In this document: one piece after another, positions 27,172 through 37,954 of the stretch
Position numbering within the stretch: the first letter of the stretch is position 1
Layout: each line of letters opens with the position of its first letter
From: a virus
Taxonomy: Duplodnaviria; Caudoviricetes
Direction: 5' to 3' (one strand)
Virus record (IMG/VR): IMGVR_UViG_3300037485_001606
Coordinates: 1 to 62,241 of that record
DNA: 62,241 nt
The notes under the pieces: generated by a model
Seen by the model: only the letters and a program-made list of their open reading frames with translations
Told to the model about the DNA's origin: nothing
The model's database searches: none
Made by a program: the position numbers and the translations under genes

Positions 27172-29274
27172 GTGCCATTACAAAAAGTACTGCTAAAACC
27201 CGGTATCAACCGGGAAAATACACGATATACCACCGAAGGCGGCTGGTATGAGTGCGACAAAATCCGTTTTCGTCAGGGCACGCCTGAAAAGATTGGGGGC
27301 TGGGTTCAGTTTTCCATCAGCACCTTCACAGGTGTTTGCCGTGCTCTTTGGGACTGGGCCACGCTGGCCAACGTCAATCTCTTGGGCGTGGGCACCAATC
27401 TGAAGTACTACATCTGCCGTGGCGGTTCGTTCTACGACATCACCCCCATTCGCAGCACCGTTGTTTTGACCAACCCCTTTAGTGTGGCCAGCGCGGGCGT
27501 TTCCCTCGTCAATGTCTATGACGTGGCGCACGGCGCTACTTCTTTAAGCTATGTCACGTTTAGCGGCGCGGGGCTCACGGGTCTGGGCGGGAATATTACT
27601 GCTGCCAAGCTGACCGGGGAGTTTCAGGTTACGGTTATTGACGTCGATAACTACACCATTACCGTGGACGCCATAAGCAACGCAACGGATGTCTCTGGCT
27701 CTCCCGGCGGCGGTACGGTGGTCACGCAATACCAAGTCAACGCAGGACCTGCTTTTCAGGTGCCCTATACCGGTTGGAGTTCTGGCCCATGGGGCGAGGG
27801 CACTTGGGGCAACGGCGTAGCTGAAGCCAATGCATTACAGCTATGGAATGCACGGAACTTTGGTCAAGATTTGATTTACGGGGCCCGTGGCCAAGGCGTT
27901 TATTACTGGAACGCCAACAAGGAACTGACGCCCATTCAGATCACCATCTCAATCGCCGCACCCGGGGTCATCTCACTGCCCTCGGGGTTTAGCTTTGGGA
28001 ACGGCACATTGATCCAGTTTGAATCCACTGGGGCGCTGCCCACGGGCCTGACTGTAGGCACCACTTACTTTGTCCGTGACTCGGTGACCAATACTTTTAG
28101 TGTTGCTGCCACGATCAGCGGCCCGGCCATTACCACCAGCGGCACACAGTCGGGCTTGCAGTACATCTCCCAGCGCGGAGTGAGCATCTACGGCGTCGAA
28201 GACCCCAATGCGCCCATCGTTCACAACTACCTTTTGGTGTCAGACGTTTCGCGGTTCGTGATTTTGTTTGGGACAAACGAGTTCCAGAGCACGGTCCTCG
28301 ACCCCATGTTAATCCGCTGGAGTGACCAAGAGAGCCCCTTTGTTTGGGAACCACTGGCCACCAATCAGGCAGGCAGCATCCGTTTGTCCCTTGGGTCACA
28401 GATTGTTACTGCTGTTCAAACCCGGCAGGAGATTGTGGTTCTGACCGATTCCTCTGTGTATTCGCTCCAGTACCTCGGACCGCCCTTTGTTTGGGGTGCT
28501 CAACCACTGGGAGATAACATTTCTGTCATCAGCCCTAATGCAGCAATTGTTGCATCGGGTGTGGTGTACTGGATGGGCGTGGACAAGTTCTACATGTATG
28601 ACGGCCGGGTGCAGACGCTCAACTGTGACCTGCGCCGGTTTGTCTACAACAACATCAATTTGGAGCAAAACCAACAGGTATTTGCGGGAACCAATGAAGG
28701 TTTCAACGAGATTTGGTGGTTCTATTGCTCTAAGAACAGCACAGCAGTTGACCGTTATGTTGTTTTCAACTACCTTGAAAATGCTTGGTACTACGGCACT
28801 ATGGCACGAACAGCGTGGCTGGACACTGGGTTACTGGACAGCCCAATTGCGGCCACCTACAACTACAAAATCCTGTCGCATGAAGTGGGTGTGGATGACA
28901 ACGAGACGAACGATCCGGCTCCAATCGCTGCTTACATTTCATCTTCAGAGTTTGATATTGAAGACGGCCATAACTTTGCGCAGGTCTGGCGCATGCTTCC
29001 TGACTTGACCTTTGAGGGGTCTACAGAGAACTCTAGCCCGGAGGTGACAATGACGCTGTATGGTCTGACAAACTCAGGCTCTGGCGTCACCAGTTCCGAA
29101 GCGCGGGCCGTGCTCCAAGGCTCTTCATATGTCATCACGGAAGAATTTACTGGCCAGATTTATACCCGGGTCCGTGGTCGCCAGATGATCCTGAAGAATG
29201 AATCCAGTAAGCTGGGGACCACATGGCAGCTTGGCGCTCCCCGTCTTGATATTCGTAAGGATGGCCGTCGATGA
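27172..29274 (+). CDS. Tail tubular/nozzle (P22 gp10-like) protein
   Basis: 700 aa beta-rich; KIRFRQGTPEKIGGW, IRWSDQE, EIWWFY, DGRR end; GTG start with GAGGT RBS. Confidence 0.7.
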   Translation: MPLQKVLLKPGINRENTRYTTEGGWYECDKIRFRQGTPEKIGGWVQFSISTFTGVCRALWDWATLANVNLLGVGTNLKYYICRGGSFYDITPIRSTVVLTNPFSVASAGVSLVNVYDVAHGATSLSYVTFSGAGLTGLGGNITAAKLTGEFQVTVIDVDNYTITVDAISNATDVSGSPGGGTVVTQYQVNAGPAFQVPYTGWSSGPWGEGTWGNGVAEANALQLWNARNFGQDLIYGARGQGVYYWNANKELTPIQITISIAAPGVISLPSGFSFGNGTLIQFESTGALPTGLTVGTTYFVRDSVTNTFSVAATISGPAITTSGTQSGLQYISQRGVSIYGVEDPNAPIVHNYLLVSDVSRFVILFGTNEFQSTVLDPMLIRWSDQESPFVWEPLATNQAGSIRLSLGSQIVTAVQTRQEIVVLTDSSVYSLQYLGPPFVWGAQPLGDNISVISPNAAIVASGVVYWMGVDKFYMYDGRVQTLNCDLRRFVYNNINLEQNQQVFAGTNEGFNEIWWFYCSKNSTAVDRYVVFNYLENAWYYGTMARTAWLDTGLLDSPIAATYNYKILSHEVGVDDNETNDPAPIAAYISSSEFDIEDGHNFAQVWRMLPDLTFEGSTENSSPEVTMTLYGLTNSGSGVTSSEARAVLQGSSYVITEEFTGQIYTRVRGRQMILKNESSKLGTTWQLGAPRLDIRKDGRR

Positions 29275-30641
29275 CTTTGATTGTTACTTCCGATTTCGCG
29301 CTCAACCGTGTTGCTGCGCCCAACTTACCGCTTGCGACGAACCAATATTCCAGAGAGTATCAGGAGCAATTAAATAATGTCCTGCGCCTGTACTTCAACC
29401 GCTTGCAAAATATTTTGGGGCAACTTGTGACCACTATCGATACCCTCCCTGTCTCTATTGGCGGCACAAACGTAGACGCATTCGGGCGCATTCGAGTTAG
29501 CCAACCCTACACGCTGTTTGATAGCCAGAACCGATACACCCAAGACACCCAGTACGACACTGCTTTAACAGGCACTGGCACGACCACATACGTGACGAAT
29601 GAGTCAGCGGTGAACATGGCGGTGACTGCGGGCGGCGTAGGTTCAGTAATCCGGCAGACTTACCGCAGCTTTCCGTACCAGCCCGGGAAGGGCCTCTTGA
29701 TGTTGGCTACGTTCTGCATGGACGGCAGTCAGAGCTTGAACCTGACTCAGCGAGTTGGGTACTTCAATACCCAGAATGGGGTATTCTTCCAGCGCATTGA
29801 TGGTACCAATTCCTTTGTCCTACGCTCTTATGTCACGGGCACGGTCAGCGATGCGCGGACCGTGAATCAATCCTTGTGGAACGGGGACAAGTTGGATGGA
29901 ACAGGCCCTTCTGGCATCACACTGGATTCTGCAAAATCTCAGATTCTGTGGATGGACTTTGAATGGCTCGGCGTGGGGTCGGTGCGCTGTGGCTTCATCA
30001 TCAACGGCGAGTACATCGTCTGCCACACCTTCACCAACGCCAATGAGATCACCAGCACGTACATGACCACGGCCATTTTGCCGATCAGGTATGAGATCAC
30101 TTCGACTTCCGCAGTGGCTGCAACGCTCAAGCAGATTTGCTCCTCGGTCATGTCTGAGGGCGGATATGACGCCCAGTCGGCAAACTACACAGCGGCAAGA
30201 ACGACACGGCGAAATGCGTTTAGCACCACGTTTGTTCCGCTGATGTCCATCCGGTTAGCCACGGGGCGCTCGGGTGCCGTAGTGCTGGTAAAGCTGGCAC
30301 AGGCACTCCCAACCGTTACACAGAACTACGAGGTGGTGCTGCTCAAAAATGCTACCCTAACAGGCCCCTCATGGGCTACATCAGTATCCACCAATGTGGA
30401 CTACGACCAAGCCGCAACTGCTTTGACCGGGGGTATTGTCGTGGCGCAAGATTATGTAACATCAACTTCACAAGGTCGAAGTGCTGCGCGAGTGGATGCC
30501 GGGTACAACTGGGACTTGCAGCTTGGCTCTACGATTGCAGGAGTAAGTGATGTTTACACGCTTGCTATCCGAACACTTGATGCCACCCCTACCGGCGATG
30601 CCTGGGGCGCTATCTCCTTTTTTGATCTGACCACTCAATAA
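29271..30641 (+). CDS. Tail-associated protein: short helical N-terminal anchor fused to a beta-rich domain
   Basis: PNLPLA..LNNVLRLYFN anchor, then DAFGRIRVSQP.TLFDS, YQPGK, EWLGVGSVRCGF. Confidence 0.7.
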   Translation: MTLIVTSDFALNRVAAPNLPLATNQYSREYQEQLNNVLRLYFNRLQNILGQLVTTIDTLPVSIGGTNVDAFGRIRVSQPYTLFDSQNRYTQDTQYDTALTGTGTTTYVTNESAVNMAVTAGGVGSVIRQTYRSFPYQPGKGLLMLATFCMDGSQSLNLTQRVGYFNTQNGVFFQRIDGTNSFVLRSYVTGTVSDARTVNQSLWNGDKLDGTGPSGITLDSAKSQILWMDFEWLGVGSVRCGFIINGEYIVCHTFTNANEITSTYMTTAILPIRYEITSTSAVAATLKQICSSVMSEGGYDAQSANYTAARTTRRNAFSTTFVPLMSIRLATGRSGAVVLVKLAQALPTVTQNYEVVLLKNATLTGPSWATSVSTNVDYDQAATALTGGIVVAQDYVTSTSQGRSAARVDAGYNWDLQLGSTIAGVSDVYTLAIRTLDATPTGDAWGAISFFDLTTQ

Positions 30642-30704
30642 GGGTCGGGCATGATACGATTTCAATACTTTTTACCTCTGCTGTTCACGGCGTAAGGAAC
30701 TCAC

Positions 30705-33700
30705 ATGGCAAATGAAGAAATGGGCATGGCTGCGGCTCCTGCTCCCTCCGGAGCTCAGGCAGGTATCTCCCCTGATCAAATGGCCATCTATGAGCAGATG
30801 CGCCAAAACATTTCCCCCAAGGAATTCTCTGATGAGATGCTGGCAGGGGCAGAACAAGTTGACCCGCAGGCGGTGGCCACGTTCCGCAAGGAGCTGGATG
30901 CCCTAGACGTTCCCATGGAAGTCTTGGACGCACTGAATAACCTAGTGGACGAGATTCTGGCCAACCCAGAAAACTACGACGAGATTCGTCAGCGCTACAT
31001 GGATCAGGGCATTCCTGAGGACATTCTCCCCGAGCAGTTTGACCCGAACTTTTTTGCTGCCCTGAACATGGCTATCGATCAGATGATCGCTGAGCCCGCT
31101 GGCCCTCAAGCCTTTGCCAAGGGGGGTATTGCAGAGCTGTCCCCCATTTCCAAAGCAGTTGCGGACTATGGCCGCAATGGCGACACCATGCTGGCACACA
31201 TTACTCCAGCAGAAGCTCGCATGCTGCGCCGTCGCGGCGGGGCGGGCACTACCAATCCAAAGACAGGACTGCCTGAGTTCTTTAGTTTGGGGGGTATTTT
31301 TAAGTCAATTGGAAATGCGGTCAAAGGCTTCGTCAACAGTACCGTGGGCAAAGTTGTAACAACCGTGGCCCTAGGCTTTTTCTTAGGCCCCGCCGCTGCT
31401 AACTTCTTGGGCGTGACTTCTGCCGCGGGTGTCGCCGCTGTGGGAGGTTTCATCGGATCAGCCGGTTCCACCCTATTGGGCGGCGGTAATTTGCGGGATG
31501 CCTTAAAAGCAGGTGCAATGGGCGGCCTCACTGCCGGTGCGTTAGGTGGAGTCACTCAAGGCTTTGACACCGCTTATGCAGGCCCTACAACAGTTGGCGG
31601 GCAGGTAGATGCCTTCAAGGGAATGCTGCCCGGCGGTACTCCCCCTGTTCCCGCAACCGCTCCAATTCCCACTACTGCGGCACCGCTGCCTAATGCACCT
31701 GCGGATTCTCTTCTGGCTGCCCCCGGAGGAGCCCCTGTTCCCACCGCCCCACCAATGGGCGTTGATGCAACCGAGTTTCAAGGCTCACTGGCCAAGGGTA
31801 ATGTCCCGGCCGCTGAACCCAGCTTGTTTGAGCAGGGCAAAGACCTTTATAACAAGAATATTTCTCCCGGAGGAATTAAAGCTGCCGCTGAACCCGCAGC
31901 GCAAAAAGCAGGAGCCGATGCTGTAACTGCTCTTCAAACCCGCGTTCCGTCTGCTACTCCAGCTATGCTGGAAACAGCCTACCAAGGGGCTTACAAATCC
32001 GCGATGCCCGGCATGTTCAGCACCTACGGCCCTGCCGTAGGTCTAGGAATTGGGGCACTTGGCATGGCCGGAGCCTTTACTCCTTCCGAAACAGAAACAG
32101 AGGGGCTTCCTGCATCAGCTACTGAATCGCCTTCTGACCGAATCAAGAGGGAAGGCACTCAGAAGAAATACTACGTTCAAGGATTGCCCGGCGTCCAGTA
32201 TGACGAATATGGGGCCCCTATTGCAGGGGGGTATAACCCATTCCCCTCCGCTGGCCTACCTGACTACAACGCAGGGGGCATGCGTATGCCCGCAACCATC
32301 GGCGGCATCCAAGGCATCATGCCTCGTCAAGCGCTATACGCCACACCTTCGGGTTCCATCGGGGGCAACCGCACGGTGGCTCAGCCTTACAACAATTCAA
32401 ACATGTACAGCAACTTGATTCCCCGGGGGTATAAAGAAGGAGGCGATGTTGATTCGTCCACTGGCGGAAGCGCTTCAGGGGCCTTGGACAGAAACACAGC
32501 TATGACTGCTCAACAGCAGCAAATCATTAGAGACATGGCAATAGCGCGTTCAAAAGCTCCCGGCGGAAAATCCCCAGAGCAAGAGCTGTATGACTATGCT
32601 AAGACTCAAAACTTATCCAATGCCCAAATTGACACCATGATGGGTTTTCCCACAGGCGCAACAGATAAGTGGTTCGCGGGCCAATCCACGGTTTCCCCTC
32701 CTTATGTGTTTACTGGGGATGAAAAAATACCCTTCGTAGGAGGAGTTGCTGGCCCAACAGTAGACAAACCTTGGACTCCGGATCAAGTAGATGTTGTTAG
32801 AACTATAGCCGGACCGGGGACCGTGGCCAATCCCGGAGGAGTGGCTACTGGAACAGGCACTACTGTCGCACAGCAGCAAACGGCTAGAAATAAAGTTGCC
32901 CAGAACAAGGCCATGCGCCGGGCCGCGGGCAGCGGAACGATGTATGCCAATATCAATGCAGGGCTCTCGGCTCTCGCGCCAGAAGACTACCCCGGTGGTC
33001 CCGTGACGCTGTCTCCTGATCGTTCCAGATTCATGATCGATGCCGTTAATGCAGCAAAGCCTACCTCTGACATTGATTACGCGCGTCTGATGGAGCAGCA
33101 GGGTATCCGTCCTGAAGAAACAGCGGCCATGTCCGGCCGTACCTATGGCGACATCAACCGCCGGGTACAGACTGCCAATCGTCAAAGCGCTTATGCGCCT
33201 ATGCTTGAAGGCCAACGTAATGCCTTGACTCAACAAGCAGGAGTCGCGGCCAGCGGGCAGTTACCAAGCGACCTTTCAGGGTACAGCGGCCAAGACATGG
33301 CGGGGCTATACCGCGGACTGGGCCAGCAAGGTTTGAATGATGCTCAAATCCGCGCGGCTGCGGGTAACCGTTACGGCATGCAGACGGACACCAACTGGCA
33401 AGCATTACAGAATGCTGTGGCCAATCCTTCGTTGTACACCGAACGCCCCACGACAGTTCCGCCTCCTGCAGGTATCCGTGCCGGAAACAATCCCTCAAAC
33501 CCAGAGCAAAACAGAGCCCAACCTTTCAACCCGTATTCAAACATCACGAACGCCCCATCGGCATATACCGGGCCAAATCTGTACTCACAGGCTTTGGCTA
33601 CAGGAATGATGCCCTCGGCGGACGCCATGATGGCAGGGTATCAGCGCATGAATCAGCAAGGTGCCACAGATGCGCAGATCAGGAACGCGGCTGAAACCAT

Positions 33701-34025
33701 GTTTGGGCCACAAGGGAACGTGGGGTGGAACACTTTGACAGCGGGAGCCAGTGCGCTTACACAGGCTCCTCCTCCGCGGCCCGAGCGCCTTATGAACACC
33801 GGAGGTATTGCCGGTTTGGCTCAAGGCGGTTATCCTCGACGTACTGGTCAAATCAGTGGTCCGGGGACCGAGAAATCCGATTCAATCCCTGCAATGCTTT
33901 CTGACGGGGAATTCGTTATGACAGCGAAAGCGGTGCGGGCAGCGGGCAAAGGTGACCGCCGCGCAGGTGCAAAACGTATGTACAAGCTGATGCATCAGCT
34001 TGAAAAGAACTCAGGACGGGGCTAA
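30705..34025 (+). CDS. Large internal virion / DNA-ejection protein
   Basis: GRNGDTMLAHI..NPKTGLPE, Gly/Ala hydrophobic hairpins, C-terminal GPGTEKSDSIPAMLSDGEFV. Confidence 0.7.
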   Translation: MANEEMGMAAAPAPSGAQAGISPDQMAIYEQMRQNISPKEFSDEMLAGAEQVDPQAVATFRKELDALDVPMEVLDALNNLVDEILANPENYDEIRQRYMDQGIPEDILPEQFDPNFFAALNMAIDQMIAEPAGPQAFAKGGIAELSPISKAVADYGRNGDTMLAHITPAEARMLRRRGGAGTTNPKTGLPEFFSLGGIFKSIGNAVKGFVNSTVGKVVTTVALGFFLGPAAANFLGVTSAAGVAAVGGFIGSAGSTLLGGGNLRDALKAGAMGGLTAGALGGVTQGFDTAYAGPTTVGGQVDAFKGMLPGGTPPVPATAPIPTTAAPLPNAPADSLLAAPGGAPVPTAPPMGVDATEFQGSLAKGNVPAAEPSLFEQGKDLYNKNISPGGIKAAAEPAAQKAGADAVTALQTRVPSATPAMLETAYQGAYKSAMPGMFSTYGPAVGLGIGALGMAGAFTPSETETEGLPASATESPSDRIKREGTQKKYYVQGLPGVQYDEYGAPIAGGYNPFPSAGLPDYNAGGMRMPATIGGIQGIMPRQALYATPSGSIGGNRTVAQPYNNSNMYSNLIPRGYKEGGDVDSSTGGSASGALDRNTAMTAQQQQIIRDMAIARSKAPGGKSPEQELYDYAKTQNLSNAQIDTMMGFPTGATDKWFAGQSTVSPPYVFTGDEKIPFVGGVAGPTVDKPWTPDQVDVVRTIAGPGTVANPGGVATGTGTTVAQQQTARNKVAQNKAMRRAAGSGTMYANINAGLSALAPEDYPGGPVTLSPDRSRFMIDAVNAAKPTSDIDYARLMEQQGIRPEETAAMSGRTYGDINRRVQTANRQSAYAPMLEGQRNALTQQAGVAASGQLPSDLSGYSGQDMAGLYRGLGQQGLNDAQIRAAAGNRYGMQTDTNWQALQNAVANPSLYTERPTTVPPPAGIRAGNNPSNPEQNRAQPFNPYSNITNAPSAYTGPNLYSQALATGMMPSADAMMAGYQRMNQQGATDAQIRNAAETMFGPQGNVGWNTLTAGASALTQAPPPRPERLMNTGGIAGLAQGGYPRRTGQISGPGTEKSDSIPAMLSDGEFVMTAKAVRAAGKGDRRAGAKRMYKLMHQLEKNSGRG

Positions 34026-34027
34026 AA

Positions 34028-35482
34028 ATGGTTGATACCACCAGACAAGAATCAATTCTCCGGGAACTTCCGGAGATCGAAGACTACAAAACAGGCCTTT
34101 TAACCTCTGGCAAAGGCCTAGTTGACGCTGCCAACCAGAATGCATTACTTGGGAACTATTTAACCCCTGACTATGAAGTCGCGGGCATGAGCCCTGACCA
34201 GTTGACGGCCCTTCAGATGGGCCGTCAGGGCATTGGGGCCTACCAGCCGTATATGACTGCTGCAGGCCGGGATGTCACCGCAGGTGGAGGCACTTTAGGC
34301 GAAGCCGCAAATGTGTTGCGCGGGGCAGATACCCGTGGACAATTTGAAGCAGCTCAGGGTGCGATGAATCAGGCTGCGGTTCCCATCCAGCAAATGGGTC
34401 AATATGCGCAGATGGCGGGGGCAGGAGTACCGTTGATTGGGCTTGGTGCCCAACAGATGGCGAATGCCAGAAACCAAGCCCAACAGTATTCACAAGCAAA
34501 CATGGGTGAATCCATGAATGCACTGGGGCAAGGGATCACGTCATTGCAGGGCGCGGCGGGCCTGTATAACCCCGCTGGGATTGAACAATCCTTTAAGGAC
34601 TACCAGAATCCTTATCAACAGCAAGTGATCGATGAGTCCATTCGACAAATCAATCGGCAGGGAGATATCTCTCGCCAAGGCCTGCAGGCTCAAGCCACGC
34701 GGGCCGGGGCTTTTGGTGGAAGCCGCGAAGGTGTACAACGAGCTGAGCTAGAACGGGGCTTGGCTGAGCAGAAGAACGCTGCCATTGTGGGCGGTCTGTC
34801 GCAGGGCTATGGCCAAGCGCAGTCTCAGGCACAGCAGGCTTTTGAGCAGCAGCAGGGCCGCCAACTGGCACAAGCTCAAGGCTTTCAAGGGATTGGTGGA
34901 GCCTATGGGCAACAGTCGCTTCAGCAAGCTCAGCTTGGCCAAAGCGCCGCGGGTCTGCAAGGAAGTCTGGCAGGGCAACAAGCCGGATTGGCAAGTTTGT
35001 ACGGCAACGTCGCGGGCCAGCAAGCCAACATCTCCGGACAGCAGTCACAGCTTGGTCAGCAACTTGGCCAAGGGATTGGCAATCTGGCAGGACAGCAGTT
35101 TGGTATTGGGTCACAGATTGCCTCGGGCCTCGGCTCTCTGGGCACGCAGCAGGCCAACATTGGTATGCAGCAATCGGCTCTTGGCCAGCAAGCTCAATCA
35201 CAGGGCCAGCAAGACACAAACTTCTTGTACAACATCGGTTCTTCCCAACAGAAACAGTTACAGTCAGAGATGGATGCTTCTCGGCAGAACGAATTGCAGC
35301 AAAATATGCAGCCGTATCAGCAGCTTGGTTTCCTGTCGGATATCTACAAAGGGGCTCCGTCTACACAGATGGGGGTCACAACACAGGCAGCGCCTTCTGC
35401 AAGCCCATTTCAGCAAGCCGCGGGCTTAGGTATTGCGGGGCTAAGCGCCGCCGCTGCCGGTTCTCGGGCAGGTATTATTTAA
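34028..35482 (+). CDS. Gln/Gly-rich internal virion / pilot protein
   Basis: YQNPYQQQVID, AGAFGGSR, QG-rich repeats, hydrophobic C-terminus. Confidence 0.7.
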   Translation: MVDTTRQESILRELPEIEDYKTGLLTSGKGLVDAANQNALLGNYLTPDYEVAGMSPDQLTALQMGRQGIGAYQPYMTAAGRDVTAGGGTLGEAANVLRGADTRGQFEAAQGAMNQAAVPIQQMGQYAQMAGAGVPLIGLGAQQMANARNQAQQYSQANMGESMNALGQGITSLQGAAGLYNPAGIEQSFKDYQNPYQQQVIDESIRQINRQGDISRQGLQAQATRAGAFGGSREGVQRAELERGLAEQKNAAIVGGLSQGYGQAQSQAQQAFEQQQGRQLAQAQGFQGIGGAYGQQSLQQAQLGQSAAGLQGSLAGQQAGLASLYGNVAGQQANISGQQSQLGQQLGQGIGNLAGQQFGIGSQIASGLGSLGTQQANIGMQQSALGQQAQSQGQQDTNFLYNIGSSQQKQLQSEMDASRQNELQQNMQPYQQLGFLSDIYKGAPSTQMGVTTQAAPSASPFQQAAGLGIAGLSAAAAGSRAGII

Positions 35483-35491
35483 GGACAAAGT

Positions 35492-37954
35492 ATGAAAGAA
35501 GAAATCCTCAAGCGGGCCATGTTCGCAATGCCCTTGTCCAAAGAAGCCCGCAGTTCCGGGATCATGGCCGGATTTGACATGGAAGATGAGGGGGAAGACC
35601 CCGAGATGCAAGATGAGGATGCAAATGCTGACTTGGAGGAACTACCTCCAATGTCTCGCACTCCTCAGAATCCTGAAATCCTGATGAATACTCTGCGGGG
35701 CGACATGCGCTCAGTGGATGCACGGTATCAAGAACTGGCCCAGATGGTAGGTGAGCAAGCGGCTCAGGATACACCGCCAGAAGTTTTGGCTATGCTTCAA
35801 CCCCAGTTGGCTGCTCAGCAGGGAGGCATTGGTGCTCTTCCTCAAGGACAAGGCATGGCTCCCCCCGGAGCTATGCCCCCCGGTCCAATGGGTGCTCCTC
35901 AACCTGCTCCGGCCATGCCTCAGGGTGGTATTTCCATGCCTCAGGGCATGGAGAGTGCTCCCCCTTTTTCCCCGGGGGCTGAAGCCCCCCAAGGTTTCTC
36001 GCACGGCGGCGCAGTAGAGCCGCCCACTCACGACGGCATGCCCCCGATGCACGCGGCGCTCGGCGCGTTTATCAACCCCGCCATGCGTGCTGCCCAGTTT
36101 GTTGGAGGCAAAGCAGGTCAATACGGCACCGCGGCCAACGCGGCGCTTGGTCGGATGTTCATGAATCCTCAAGGCATTTCCCAGCCTTTTGTCGAGAACC
36201 TCCGGGGCCCGGGCGGCCGGTTCACGGCTGAACAGGTCAACCGCGGAGGTGATCTACTGACGCCTACCTTTACACAAGGTATCTCGCAGGGCGTTTCGCG
36301 GCTCGCGGAGCAATACCCTCGCACGGCGCAGATGGTAGGCGCAGGGGCCGCTGCAATGGGAGTTTCCAACATTCCCCGCGGCGGTTCTAATCAAGACGCC
36401 ATGAACTCTGCAATGAGCCAGATTCCTTTGGATACTGCAGAAGACCGGGCACAACGGGTGGAGCTTTTAAACCGCCCTCCTATGGTGTCTTACGACATCA
36501 GCAATCCCGATGCAGAGCAGTGGACAATGCAAGAGCGCGGACAGCCCACTCGTCCTATTCCAATGGCGGCTCCCACTGCCGAGGAAAATCTGGTGGAAGA
36601 ACAGCGGATGCTTGGCCGAGGAGTCCCTTCTGCCCCTGTGGCAACTGGAGCTGCTCCCTCAGACAGCTTAGGCGCGTTCATCAGTGACAAACTGAAAGCG
36701 TATGACAAGCGCGAGGCGGATGCCGGGTTGGCCGGAGCGCTTAAAGAAGCGGTCAAGGAAAAGACCAAGATGCAACGCATTCGGGAAGGACAGGCGGAGT
36801 ACGCCCCCTTGTACGAAGAGCTCCTTGGCGGCGATAAAGAGTCGGCCAAGATCAACGCATTGCTGCTGTTGTCTGAAGCCGGTTTGAAACTGGCCAGTAC
36901 CCGCAAGCCAACCTTTGCCATGGCAGTTGGCGAGGCTTTTGCTGGTATTCCAAAGGGCTTTGCTGCCATCGCTGCTCAAGAGCGCGAGCTGGGCATGAAA
37001 GTCAAGGCAGCTTCTCTGCAACAGGCCATTGGCGATGTGGAGTCTCAAGACAAGTACGCTCAGGCCATGAAGCTGCAGATGCTCAAGGGAGACTACGACA
37101 TTCTCAAGGAACAGCAAAAACAAGGCGGCACTGTCACCGAGGACGGCGGCGCGGGCTTACGCGTTGTCAAGACCAAGGGCGGCTCGTTTGTGGGCACTGG
37201 TATTGATGCGGAAGACCCAACAGTCAAGTCAGCTATCGGCAGCCGCTTTACGCTGCGCGATACGGACAACCCGTTTGTCGAGAACCGCGGTCAGGCTCCG
37301 ACTACCATTGAGACCGACAAGGCTGAGCGCATCAAGCTGACCAATACTCTCCGGTCATTGGACAACAGCTTGGCAACCATGGACAACCTCAAGGGCGTCT
37401 ACACCAGTGCCTACGGCCCCGGTGCGTGGTTCTCGGACAAAGTCAATAACTTGCTGGTGCCTATTGATCCCACTGGCATGGTCAAGCCAAACTTTGACAC
37501 AGCCGATGCAGCGACACGGATTAGCACGGGCATGAACTCGATGTTGAAGAGCATCGCCTCTGCCAATGATGGTGGCCGCGTGGCGGTGCAGGAACAGGAA
37601 TGGGCCCGAGAGACTGCTAAAGGCATTTCCGATCCCACCAAGTTCTTTGCTGACAAGGAACTTGCAGCACAGCAGTTTGGCAGCATGGAAGCTATGCTTC
37701 GTAATGCTCGCCAGCAGGCGCTTACTCAGTTGGGCTACGAGAAGAACGACTATGTCATGCGTACTCCCAACACCGGTACAAAGAATGACCCGTTCTCAAT
37801 CCCTACCGATCCGGCACAACAGCAGTCGATGTTCACCTTCTTGGGAAGCACCGTGGGCAAGCTCCAAGACCCGCGGGCCGTGGTGTATTTGAGGCTGCCA
37901 AATGGTAAAGTGGATGCATTCAATCCCACCCAACTCCGAGGCCTGATTAAATAA
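35492..37954 (+). CDS. Internal virion protein (820 aa)
   Basis: ILKRAMF start, Pro/Met-rich linker, helical body; within the ejection-protein cluster. Confidence 0.65.
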   Translation: MKEEILKRAMFAMPLSKEARSSGIMAGFDMEDEGEDPEMQDEDANADLEELPPMSRTPQNPEILMNTLRGDMRSVDARYQELAQMVGEQAAQDTPPEVLAMLQPQLAAQQGGIGALPQGQGMAPPGAMPPGPMGAPQPAPAMPQGGISMPQGMESAPPFSPGAEAPQGFSHGGAVEPPTHDGMPPMHAALGAFINPAMRAAQFVGGKAGQYGTAANAALGRMFMNPQGISQPFVENLRGPGGRFTAEQVNRGGDLLTPTFTQGISQGVSRLAEQYPRTAQMVGAGAAAMGVSNIPRGGSNQDAMNSAMSQIPLDTAEDRAQRVELLNRPPMVSYDISNPDAEQWTMQERGQPTRPIPMAAPTAEENLVEEQRMLGRGVPSAPVATGAAPSDSLGAFISDKLKAYDKREADAGLAGALKEAVKEKTKMQRIREGQAEYAPLYEELLGGDKESAKINALLLLSEAGLKLASTRKPTFAMAVGEAFAGIPKGFAAIAAQERELGMKVKAASLQQAIGDVESQDKYAQAMKLQMLKGDYDILKEQQKQGGTVTEDGGAGLRVVKTKGGSFVGTGIDAEDPTVKSAIGSRFTLRDTDNPFVENRGQAPTTIETDKAERIKLTNTLRSLDNSLATMDNLKGVYTSAYGPGAWFSDKVNNLLVPIDPTGMVKPNFDTADAATRISTGMNSMLKSIASANDGGRVAVQEQEWARETAKGISDPTKFFADKELAAQQFGSMEAMLRNARQQALTQLGYEKNDYVMRTPNTGTKNDPFSIPTDPAQQQSMFTFLGSTVGKLQDPRAVVYLRLPNGKVDAFNPTQLRGLIK

